Position numbers and translations under genes: made by a program
Shown here: positions 41,051 to 53,081 of the stretch, in pieces
How the letters are laid out: each line of letters opens with the position of its first letter
How positions within the stretch are numbered: the stretch's first letter is position 1
The notes under the pieces: generated by a model
Told to the model about the DNA's origin: nothing
The model's database searches: none
The model's input: only the letters and a program-made list of their open reading frames with translations
Assembly (NCBI RefSeq): GCF_006345805.1
Contig: NC_043007.1
Location: forward strand, 31,062,001-31,126,000
Reading direction: 5' to 3'
DNA: 64,000 nt
From: Octopus sinensis
Lineage: Eukaryota

Positions 41051-43244
41051 TTGAATTAATATGTAAGTGGGTGAGCACTCCACAGACACATGTACTCTTA
41101 ATGTAGTTCTCAGGGAAGGCAGCGAGCTGACAGAAATGTTAGCATGCCGGTGAAATGCTTTGCAGTATTTCATCTGTCTTTATGTTCTGGGATCAAATTT
41201 CACCAAGGTTGACTTTGCCTTTCATCCTTTCGGGATCAATAAATTAAGTACCAGTTGCATACTGGGGGTTGATCTAATCAACTGGCCCCCACCCCAAAAA
41301 TTTCAGGCCTTGTGCCTAGAGTAGAAAAGAATACTTTCAGGTGGTGAGCTGGCAGAAACGTTAGCATGCTGGGCAAAATGCTTAGTGGTACTTCACCTGT
41401 CTTCAGGTTCTGAGTTCAAATTCCACCGAGGTCAACTTTGCCTTTCATCCTTTCAGGGTCAATAAATTATATACCTGTTGCATACTGGGGTCAATCTAAT
41501 CAACTGGTTCCTTTCCCAACAATTTCGGGCCTTCTGCCTAGAGTAGAAAAGAATGTAGTTATCAGGGAGATTCAGAGTGTCATGACAAGGATGGCCCAGT
41601 GAATTACAGGTACACTTCATTTTTGCCAGCTGAGTGGACAGGAGCAACATGAACTAAAGTGTTTTGCTGAAGGACATAATTGCCTTTTGTAATTAAAAAA
41701 ATTAATAAAATAAACAACCATCGAATCATCATTATAAATGAATAAAACTAGTGTAGAATTAATTTGTGTTGTCATGTTTACACCTTTGGGGGCATCACCG
41801 AAATAAAATACAGGTAACGTGTTACAATGATGAAATTCCAATGTAAGATAATACTTCTGAAAAGGTTCCTTGTATCTGTAATTGCTGTCATCATGCTTTG
41901 AGAGAATATTTGAGAGAATATCTTTAAGCAGTCTATCAAGGACCTTGTTATCCAATATGACCTTTCTGTGTTTTTTTTTTGTTGTTGTTGCTTTTTTTAT
42001 AACAGCTTTGTATTATTTGAGGGAGATTTAGTTGCTATTTCTAGAATGTCAAATGATTTTGAAGAACAGGTGTATGAAGGAATATATATATATACATTAT
42101 ATATATATATATATATATCATCATCATCATCATCATCATTTAACATCCGTTTTCCGCGCTAGCATGGGTTGGACGGTTCAACTGGGTCTGGGAACCCAGG
42201 AGGCTGCACCAGGCTCCAGTCTGATCTGGCACTGTTTCTACGGCTGGATGCCCTTCCTAACACCAACAACTCTGTGAATGTAGTGGGTGCTTTTTACATT
42301 CCACTGGCACAGGGGATATATATATATATATATTATATCACGCTCAGAGATTTATTATTGTTTTCGAACGGATTTTCTACGCCAGTGACTGTAGTTACTG
42401 TGAAAATCTATATATCCAGCCTGTAGAGGAAGTCCCTCAACGAAGAGCGGTGCTTACCATACGTTGACAAGAGTCAATAACCTCGAAACCGGTCCGTATG
42501 TAGTATCCGTATCTTCGAGGAGGCTGATCTCCCTTTGCAGGCTGGCAAGGACACCGAGATGGTGTCAGCTCTTCTGGTGACATTGATGTTCGCCTGGGGC
42601 TAAATGCATCAGTAACACCCCCACCACCCCGCCCTGACCCTAGCCACATTCAGATGGCTGATCCCCCTTATGTTATATATATATTATATATATATATATT
42701 ATATATATATACTCTTTTACTTGTTTCAGTCATTTGACTGTGGCCTTGCTGGAGCACCGCCTTTAGTTGAGCAAATCGACCCCAAGACTTTGTAAGCCTA
42801 GTACTTATTCTATCGGTCTCTTTTGCTGAACTGCTAAGTTACGGTGACGTAAACACAACAGCATCGGTTGTCAAGCGATGCTGGGGGGACAAACACAGAC
42901 ACACTATATATATATATATATACATCCGACGGGCTTCTTTCAGTTTCCGTCTACCAAGTTCACTCACGAGGCTTTGGTCGACCCGAGGCTATAGTAGAAG
43001 ACCCTTGCCTGACAGATCGTGGCACCAACTGATCGTGGCTGTTGCCAGCCTCCTCTGGTCTCTGTGCTGGTGGCACGTAAAAAGCACCCGCTACACTCAT
43101 GGAGTGGTTGGCATTAGGAAGGGCATCCAGCCGTAGAAAAACTGCCAGATCAGACTGGAGCCTGGTGCAGCCTCCTGGCTTCCCAGTCCCCAGTCGAACC
43201 ATCCAGCCCATGCTAGCATGGAAAATGGACGTTCAGTGATGATG

Positions 43245-43275
<31 letters not shown>

Positions 43276-43290
43276 TATGTATACAAATAT

Positions 43291-44050
43291 ATATATTGTA
43301 TAAAGGATCGTGAATAAGGCCAAAACAATGCAAAGTATATCACAAGAAAACATATATGTGAATTAATGTCGACTTACCTTGCATTCAATATTTTGGGGTT
43401 GTGACCCCATTTTCAAGAAATTGACGAATGTTGCCGATGTGCATGTGTGTGAACGTGTGTGGAGTGGACATGTGCAGAAGGGTGTTGCTATAGCAACCAG
43501 CTAGCTTCCTGTAACTCCCTTCTATTGTTGATACTAGGTTTCTTTTGATGAATGAGGATGGCCTCAGAGATTCTGAGGTTGCCCCTGTTCTGCTGTGTAG
43601 CTTTGATGTGCTCTGGGAATTCCCAGGTCTGGCATTTAAGTAGATGTTTCTTCATGGTGGTGTCTGTCTGCATGTGCTCCTTAATGCATATATGCAGTTT
43701 TCTTGTCATGCTTCTAATGTAGGATGTGCCACATTTGCCACAGATGATCTCATATACAACATAGGTCCTCCAGCACAATTCAGGGTCATTGATGGGGCAG
43801 ATCAACAATGTGCACTCCTCAGAGTAGTGAGAGGTGTTGTTCTTGGACAGAGGTTTTCTCAGAGAAGGGCCAGTGTGCACTATCTGTATGTCAAGTCCTT
43901 CCCTGTGGACTGTGTGTTATATCGCTGCAGTAGTTCTGTCGTCAAAGTGTGGTAGCTTTAGGAAGCACAAGCCGACTTGGAAGTATAATGGGAGTATGTT
44001 ATTTACTTTGCATTGTTCTGGCCTTACCCATGATCCTTTATACAATATAT
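43291..44050 (-). mobile_element. 5'-truncated Penelope-like element with GIY-YIG endonuclease remnant and inverted terminal arms
   Basis: ORF 43488-43880: VVYEIICGKCGTSYI..MTRKLHICIKEH...LRISEAILIHQKKPSINNRRE. 47-bp arms at 43291-43337 and 44004-44050 (43/47 identical). Confidence 0.85.
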
Positions 44051-44256
44051 TCGACACAATGCTTCATAGCAATTATTCCAATATATATATAGGCGCAGGA
44101 GTGGCTGTGTGGTAAGTAGCTTGCTAACCAAACACATGGTTCCGGGTTCAGTCCCACTGTGTGGCATCTTGGGCAAGTGTCTTCTGCTATAGCCCCGGGC
44201 CGACCAATGCCTTGTGAGTGGATTTGGTAGACGGAAACTGAAAGAAGCCTGTCGTA

Positions 44257-44303
<47 letters not shown>

Positions 44304-44736
44304 GTGTCTGTGTTTGTCCCCCTAGCATTGCTTGACAACTGATGCTGGTGTGTTTACGTCCCCGTCACTTAGCAGTTCGGCAAAAGAGACCGATAGAATA
44401 GGTACTGGGCTTACAAAGAATAAGTCCCAGGGTCGATTTGCTTGACTGAAGGCAGTGTTCCAGCATGGCCGCAGTCAAATGACTGAAACAAGTAAAAGAG
44501 TAAAAGAGTAAAAGAGTAATATATATTGCAAATAAGAAAATGGAGAAGTACATTAGTTGGTTCATCAACTTTTGGATATTAAAATGTTGACTTATTTATT
44601 TATCAAAACGACAACCATATATATATATATATATGCGAATGGCTTTGTTAAGCTGTGCCAATTTTTACAAGTCTGTAAATAACAATAATAGTATTTTATG
44701 AGCTTAAATCAGTCACCACTCAATGACTAAACAAAA

Positions 44737-44988
44737 TAGTCTAATAATGGGATGTATAAGCCCTTGACAGAAGAAAGCAGGTTTTCACATATGTGTGGGA
44801 TTCAAAAACCACACCTCTCTGTTTATGCAACTGAGTGTCCTTACGGGTTACACTAGCAAACCTACCTGCTTTTTTCTGTCAGATTTAAGAACTATAATTA
44901 GTTTGTAGTTGGTTATGTAAACAAACCCACGTGTACAGGAAAAACTACTTTTCTCTGTCACAGGTTTATATACCCCATTATTAGACTA
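44737..44988. mobile_element. TA-flanked MITE
   Basis: TA-GTCTAATAATGGG ... CCCATTATTAGAC-TA, with imperfect TIRs of about 45 bp. Confidence 0.75.
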
Positions 44989-45547
44989 TTTCCTTTAGTC
45001 ATAGGGAATCTGTTTCCATTTTGATGTAATTTGGTATGGTATTAACCCTTTTGTTACCAACCCGGCTGAAACCGACCCTGGCTCTGTAGTACAAATGTCT
45101 TGTTTTCATAAGTTTTTAATTAAAATCTTCCACCAAACTTTAGTCACAATTTATGTTCCTAACACTAACTTAATGATAACTAAGTTATTTTACTAAATTC
45201 TTTGTTATATTTTAAATAATTGAAAGAAACACAGGGCCAACAAAGCCTTATGAGTGAATTTGGCAGAAGGAAACTGAAAGAAGCTCGTATATATGCGTGT
45301 GTGTGTGTGTGTGTGTATTTATGTGTGTCTTTGTGTCTGTGTTTGTTCCCCCACCATCGCATGACACCCATTGCTGGTGTGTTTATGTCCCTGTAACTTA
45401 GCAGTTTGGCAACAGAGACCAATAGAATAAGTACTAGGCTTACAAAGAATAATTCCTGGGGTCAATTTCTTTAACTAAAAACCCTTTAAGGCAGTGTTCC
45501 AGCATGGCCGCAGTCAAATGACTGAAACAAATAAAAGAATATACATA

Positions 45548-45583
<36 letters not shown>

Positions 45584-46024
45584 CAAAGAAGTAAATATAT
45601 AGCACAACGAAGTACCGATATTTACTGGAAATAGCGAACATAATAATACGACGCTAATGTATAGCTTCACCGCGTATGTACTAGCAAAAATGCGTGTGTG
45701 CAACAAACTAGAAAAAATTGTCTTACCTCCAGGGAGAACATCTGAAAGATGAAATACCTGGAAAAGGATAATGTGGGACCTGCGCAGGTTTCAGAATTTT
45801 CAAGATATGTCTGCACCCATAAACTTGATCTATCTTCATCAGCCAAACATATACCACAACAACATTTCAGGTGTTACCACATTAATGCCATTACACTCGA
45901 CTGAAACGCCGAAACGCTAACAGCACGAGAACGGTGAAGAAGTTTCAATAAATTAGTAATGCAATACTAGAGTATTGCATTACTAATTTATATATATATA
46001 TATATATATCTTTCCTTCTCCTTT

Positions 46025-46059
46025 GTTTCCGACGAAGAGCTCCGCTCGAAACGTCAAAC
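46025..46059 (+). ncRNA. Minimal type I hammerhead ribozyme motif (variant core)
   Basis: Stem I GUUU/AAAC; core CCGACGA (consensus CUGANGA); extra A; stem II GAGC-UCC-GCUC; GAAAC; GUC cleavage triplet. Confidence 0.6.
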
Positions 46060-46147
46060 CCTCCTTCTTTCCTGAGCGTCCAATAATACTTTATTTGTTC
46101 CACATCCTCACGTTGCTGTGTTTTTTTTGTGTTTTCTTGTTTGGATT

Positions 46148-46186
<39 letters not shown>

Positions 46187-46314
46187 GATAGATAGATAGA
46201 TTCAGATGAATATGGTACTTAAGTTGAGGCACCAGAATTTAGTATGGTATTATCCATACAATTTCAAAGTAAGGTGATTAAAATCAAAATAAGCAACAAG
46301 GATATCCAGAGGTA

Positions 46315-46403
46315 ATGCAGTACGATCGTTTCATGCAACTCCATTTAATTGAACAATGCAATTATTACATCAATTTAAAATGTAGAGCAATCTTCAGCTG
46401 CAT
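46315..46403 (-). ncRNA. Type I hammerhead ribozyme motif with long stem II
   Basis: AUGCAG-CUGAAGA-[imperfect stem II, about 58 nt]-GAAAC-GAUC-GUA-CUGCAU: intact core, 6-bp stem I, palindromic stem III (ACGAUCGU). Confidence 0.72.
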
Positions 46404-46584
46404 AAAGGCATACAATTTAATTAAATTAGAACAGATGGACACATTAGTATACTAATTTTAAACTGATGTAATGATTGCATTGTTCAATTAAATGGAGTTG
46501 CATGAAACTATCATACTGCATTACCTCTGGATATCCTTGTTGCTTATTTTAATTTATATATATACACACACACATACATACATG

Positions 46585-46649
<65 letters not shown>

Positions 46650-49600
46650 TATATATACATACATACATACACATATACATACGTACATGTGACGACATGT
46701 CTGAAATAAAAACTGAGACAGTTACCAAGATATATAATATAAGACTTGCTTGATTTCAGATGACTAATATTTACATTGATGAATTTCTATCAATATTTTG
46801 CTGTAACGTTTGTGCGACTTACCTTTCATCCCTAATGAATAATTTAGATTCACTTTGATCTGTTGCACAAACATAAAGCCGCAAATTTGTAGGGAGTGTT
46901 TAGTCAATTAAATTACTTATCCCGCAAGTTTCTGAACACACACATATCAAATAATGCTGCCTTGTACTACTGTCCAGAGGATATATTGACCTAACTATTA
47001 ATGTTGGTTAATGGATTCAGTTTTGATCGATACTAGACTCGCCAGCACTGATGTCATCACGTCATCATGTCATCTACTAATCTTGCTTATTGACTGCAGA
47101 GGCTACATTTTAAGATTCTAATGTTTTTTAGCTCTTTTGATACTAAAATGCCTAAGACTGCATCTCGTTCTGATATAAACTTCTGTTCTGTCGGGGGAGG
47201 GTCATTTTCTTTTTGTACCGTATAATGTAACACACTCACAGGTAAAATTTCCACTTATTTCTTATTTTTATTTTCCTAAAATTTTCGTTGCGTTTTGCAA
47301 CCTTTTCAATAGTTTTGGTTCTCTTGCTTTAAAATGATGTAAATTAAAACCTTCCTTCAAAATTTCCTATTAATTCATATTCTAAACACCAGCTTAATAA
47401 TAACAAATAAATCATTATTTTCAAAATTAATTGCAGGAGTGGCTGTGTGGTAAGTAGCTTGCTAACCAACCACATGGTTCCGGGTTCAGTCCCACTGCCT
47501 GGCACCTTGGGCAAGTGTCTTCTGCTATAGCCCCGGGTCGACCAATGTCTTGTGAAGTGGATTTGGTAGACGGAAACTGAAAGAAGCCTGTCGTATATAT
47601 GTATATAGATATAAGTGTGTGTGTATATGTTTGTGTGTCTGTGTTTGTCCCCCTAGCATTGCTTGACAACCAATGCTGGTGTGTTTACGTCCCCGTCACT
47701 TAGCGATTCGGCAAAAGAGACCGATAGAATAAGTACTGGGCTTACAAAGAATAAGTCCCGGGGTCGATTTGCTCGATTAAAGGCGGTGCTCCAGCATGGC
47801 CGCAGTCAAATGACTGAAACAAGTAAAAGAGTAATTAATGCACAGCAATATATTGATATAAATTTGTGTGTCCCTTGGAAATGTTAGTTTCTTGAAATCC
47901 CACAAGTTCTTTGTCATACCTCTTAGCAATAGTTTCAGTTCTATTTTAGACATGCTGTCACATGTACATGCGCAGGTAATATGCAGGTAAGAACCTGCCA
48001 AAAACATTACTTAAATCACACCCATTTGTCTAACTAAGCTGCATTGCATAGGGACAGTCATGGCAGGCATGCTTTTGATCATAGATCTCCTCAATTAGGA
48101 TTAAACTGAGCTAAATAACAACAACAGCCACTTAATCGCATATGTAATTCAATACATGTTTAATATTTTAGTTGAGACAAGAGATAAGTCCCCAGTAACC
48201 CAAAGCAACAACACAGTTTTGACTCTCAGCTCATCTTATTTTATTTCACATTCCCTCCTTGCTCTTTTTTCAAAAGTCAAGGATTTGGGTTCAAAGTCAA
48301 AAGATGCCATCATTTCAGTATGTGTTTGTTTATAGGTGCTTTATATTGTTTTGTTTAAACACAATCTTGTTGCTGAATTTACTCATCTTCTGCAAATGTA
48401 GAACAGTTTCATGAGGGACAGTGACATGTTTTCCTTATTTAGTGATATTAAGTGGGTGAGCTGGCAGAGTCGTTAGCATGCCAGGAGAAATGCTTAGCAG
48501 TATTTCGTCTGCCACTACATTCTGAGTTCAAATTCCACCTAGGTCGACTTTGCCTTTCATCCTTTCAGGGTCGATTAAATAAGTACCAGTTACGCACTGG
48601 GGTCGATGTAATCGACTTAATCCATTTGTCTGTCCTTGTTTGTCCCCTCTATGTTGAGCCCCTTGTGGGCAATAAAGAAACAAATATTTAATTATAAAAG
48701 TATAATAGGATTTTTTTTAAACATTGAATGGCTAAAGGAACAACAAACAAGATGAGGACACATATCCGTCCAATGTAAATAATGTACAGAATCCCTCATC
48801 TCTAAAATATAGAACAGGGTATCATCATCTATTTAAAAGGATACTCAGGAGGACACAGACATCGATAAACATTTCAGCTATGTTTGGTGTTAGAATTTTA
48901 CAACTTCATTATCTGCCTATGTACACTATCTATATTTCTTCCATTGGAACAAAAGATTCCTTATAAACCATTTCATTACAGAATACACAGTTGACACAGT
49001 TACAGAATGACAGTTGCCAAGACAACACATGCTCACAGAAATTACCAAGATGTATGTTTATAGAATACAAGTTAAAACGAAATTGTGCCAAATATCCTTG
49101 AGGGCAGGGTTCACTCGCTCCTCGCTTAGCTATGCCACTTCCCAATTGTTCAACTGGTTCTTATTTTATCAACTCTGAAAGGACAAGAAACAAAGTCAGT
49201 CTCAGTTGCATTTGAACTCAGAACATAGAGAACCAGAAGAAAAACAACTACACATTCCACCCACCAAGTGACAATTCTGCCACTTCACCACTCATAAATA
49301 AATGATATTATCTCTCATTCCTCTTTAATCTTTTGTGCCCAGCAATCATCTGTCTGTAACCTTTATAATAAATATCTCGCACCATGTTTACATTACCTCC
49401 TTGAAGAGAGACCTTGAAAAGATATTTGAATGAAGATAGGACAACCTAATCCCTGGCAACCCTGAAATGCACAATTGCACCACAGAATATCAAACAAACA
49501 GTTCTGTATCGTATTCAGGTGTGGCTGTGTGGAAAGAAGCTTGCTTCCCAACCACACAGTTCTGGGTTCAGTCCCACTGCGAGGCACCCTGGACAAGTGT

Positions 49601-52600
49601 CTTCTACTATAACCTCAGACCAACCAAAGCCTTGTGAAGTGGATTTGGTAGGCAGAAACTGAAAGATCATTGTGTGTGTGTTTGTCTCCCCCATCACTAT
49701 TTGACAACTAGTGCAAAAGAGACTGATAGAAAAAATGTCAGGCTTAACAAAAGACAAAAAAAAAAGTTATATGTAAGTATTAGGGTCAATTCATTCGACT
49801 AAAAATTCTTCATGAAAGTGCCCCAGCATGGCAGCAGTCTCTTGACTGAAACAAGTCAAAGAGAAAATACAAACATGACCATCACTCTAAAGAACTTAGG
49901 TGAGGCCCACAATGGAGTGCTGCACTCACATCTAGGATGGTGCTGTTGTTGTGCACACAGATATCTTAGACTGCATCTAGAGAATGACCACATGACTAAT
50001 TGGCATTCAATTACTAATGAACACAGTCCAACCTCTGACCCACACACATGCTGTCTGTTCTTTGTCCCAACTGGTCAAGATGTTTTCAATGTTAACATGG
50101 GATGCCATTCTCTCAGCTTTCAAACTCTAAGAAGTAAAAAAAAATGTGCAAAACCACTTTGGTTGTAATGTCCTCTACCTGAAATAGCGAAGTGTTATTT
50201 GGCAATCCCAAGCACCTTTGGACAGTAGACTTAATCCATTTCCCAGTTTAACACACTCACCTGATAATTGTATATCGTTAGCAGGTGTGTCTGAATAGTA
50301 AGTTTGCTTCCCAACCTCTCAGTTTCTGGCTCAGTCATCCAACTGTGTGACACCTTGGGCAAGTGTCTTCTACTACAGCCCTGGGCTGACCAAAGCTTTG
50401 AGTGGATTTGGTAGGCAGAAACTATTTATATATGTGTGTATCGTCAAAATCATCGTCGTTTAACGTCTGCTTTCCATGCTTGCATGGGTTGGACGGTTTG
50501 ACTGTGGAAAATGTGATGAAAGAAAATAAATAAATAAAAATAACAATAACTTCCAACAGAATTCAATCTCAAAGGGGGAGATGTTGTGGCAAGAGTCATT
50601 GACACCCTTGGGAGATTGGAATAAAGGACCGGTCAAACTCTTATAAAGAGTAGTGTATTGGTTGAGATGACAGGCTGATAGGAGTCGAGAGGATGTTTGG
50701 AGTCTCATAAAGTACGTTATGTAAACACATTGATTTTACTACCACTTCATTAAATTATACATCCAATGTTTGTCCAAGATATAAAAATATATATAAATGC
50801 CATGGCCTAAACCGATATCAGTTATTTGCCTGTTCATACTTTTTTATCCTACCATATATGTATTTGCTCAATGATAAATCACTTATAGCCTTTCATTGCT
50901 AGGCAAACACCACTTTTTGTTTTAGATGCAGTTCAAATCGGAGTTTTAGGTGGTAAGTCAGCTTCAGCACTTATTGCATATACCTAGTATATTACATCAG
51001 TAGATATTTGTTTATCTGAATTCTCTATTTATATATATATGTATATTTTAGAGAAAAGATGATTTTTTTTGGCACATGAACATGGTATTCATACTATGTT
51101 ACGATCCTTTGGACAATAACTGATGAAGATTTAGGAACATTCTATGTATTTATTGTATTTTCTGTTTTTTGTGCTTCTATATAATTTTTGAACATATTTA
51201 ATGTAACACCTTGCATGTTCTTACTTTGTATCTATTCAGCATATATATACACACACACACGCTAGGTAGTGGCTGCCTTAGGGCTATAGTAGAAGACACT
51301 TGCCGAGGTACCATAGAGTAGGACTGAACCCAAAACCCCGTGGTTGCAAAACGAACTTCTTAACCACACAGCCATGCATGCTTTTCCTATTCATTTGATA
51401 ATTTTCTAGTTTTCCAATCCATTTGAGAGTCTCTAATATCTTGTTTTGCAAACATTTTTACCAGGTCTTCTGTCTACATATATCTCCCTCCCAATCACTT
51501 TGGAGGCCCCGAAAAAGTTCATGTGTGTTGCGCTCCTGCCTTTGATTAGCTGACCTCACTTCACTAATTAAGTTTACCAACGTGCTTCCATATACTACAT
51601 CTGAAGAAGTTAATTAGTATACTGTCTAAATTAAATAAATACAGTAGATAGAGCAATTAGAGTGCAAAAACAGTCATTTGTATATTTAACATTGTTGCTT
51701 GAATAATTTAACATGTGTCTCTGGTTTTAACTGTCTCAAATACTAATTATGCTAATGTTGCCAGGTCCCTAATTAGAATGACATCTAAATTGTTTCATTA
51801 CAGTATGGACCATGGAAACTGAAGTGTTATAGCAAGCTGCAAACAAATCTCTTATTATAAAAGGCAGATTTTATCTGCCTCCCTTTGGGAGTTATACAAA
51901 TCTACAATATAGGATTTCTTCAATTACAATTTACCTAGCAATTTTAAGAGTACAATGCATCGCGTCATGCCAGCTCCAGTTTTTAAAATTTAAACTCCAA
52001 TTAAGCAAAATTTACAGAAAACTCACATTCTGGTGTGTGTGTCAAATGCTTTTCTTAGTCTGGTTTACAGCACACGCAAACGCACACACACACTGTGTAA
52101 CGAATAAAATGAAACTAGATGTAATATTTGTTACTGTCCATGAACGCTGATAGATACATGAGTAAAATGTATGGGAAGCTAACAAATAAGAGTGAGTGAA
52201 AATGTTCTTGGAAGAGAGTAAATTTGAAGCTTGAGAACAATCAGATACATTTGCAACACATCTGTTGAAAATATTATTATTCACACACATACATATACAT
52301 ATATACATACAGACAGACAGACAGACACACACACACACACACATGATCCAGCATGGCCACAACCTCAAGGCTGAAACATATAAAAGAATAACAGAATATA
52401 AATGTGTGCATGTGTGTGAGAGAGAGAGTGTGTGTGTATATGTATGTACGTATGTATGTATATATATATATAATAATGCGGTTTTTTCAACAGCTTGAAC
52501 TAAAAGTCAGAGGGGAATGGGATAAACTACTTATATTAACTTGCTATAAAAGCAGGTAGTAATTTTATCTTGTCCTTATTCATAGTGCAAGTTTTGAAGA

Positions 52601-52637
52601 GTGCATTTCGATTTTAATAGCTATTTTTTTCAAAGCT

Positions 52638-53055
52638 ATGTTGGAAGTAACAAAGGAGCATATTTGGCATATTTTGCTTTATGAGTTCAATAAAGACAAC
52701 AACGCAACGGAAAGTACAAGAAATATTAATGCAGTATATGGGGATTGGACAATAAGCGTAAGGCAGTGTCAATGGTGGTTCCAGAAATTCCGAGCCATAA
52801 ACTACAGCCTAGAAGACGAGCCTCATCCTGAAAGATCTGTAGAACTCGACAAGGACATCCTGAAAACCCTGGTGGAACAAAATCTCATCGTAACTGTTGA
52901 GGAACTAGCAGAGAAGCTTGGATTTGGTCATTCAACCATTCATTGAGACCTGTGTGCTATCGGAAAAGTCAGCAAATTGGGTCAATGGGTTCCTCACGAA
53001 CTTTCCGAGTTTAATTGCATGCAGAGAGTGAATGTATGCTTTTCTTTGCTGTCAC
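52638..53055 (+). pseudogene. mariner transposase N-terminal remnant (HTH through WVPHEL)
   Basis: HILLYEFNK..NATE..RNINAVYG...QCQWWFQKFR..YSLEDEP...; in-frame TGA at 52944; then DLCAIGKVSKLGQWVPHEL. No catalytic domain. Confidence 0.9.
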
Positions 53056-53081
53056 ATCTCACCACTACTGCGCTATGTATA

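Noticed and set aside
45727-45950. First exon of a minus-strand gene (strong GTAAGA donor, CpG-rich)
   Set aside because: Short ORFs on both strands with no recognisable product; better explained as a (TA)n-flanked repeat module. Not formally excluded.
51848-52030. Second Helitron (A|TCTCTTATTATAAAA plus small hairpin)
   Set aside because: Only a 5'-like end; no matching hairpin-CTAG 3' end located.
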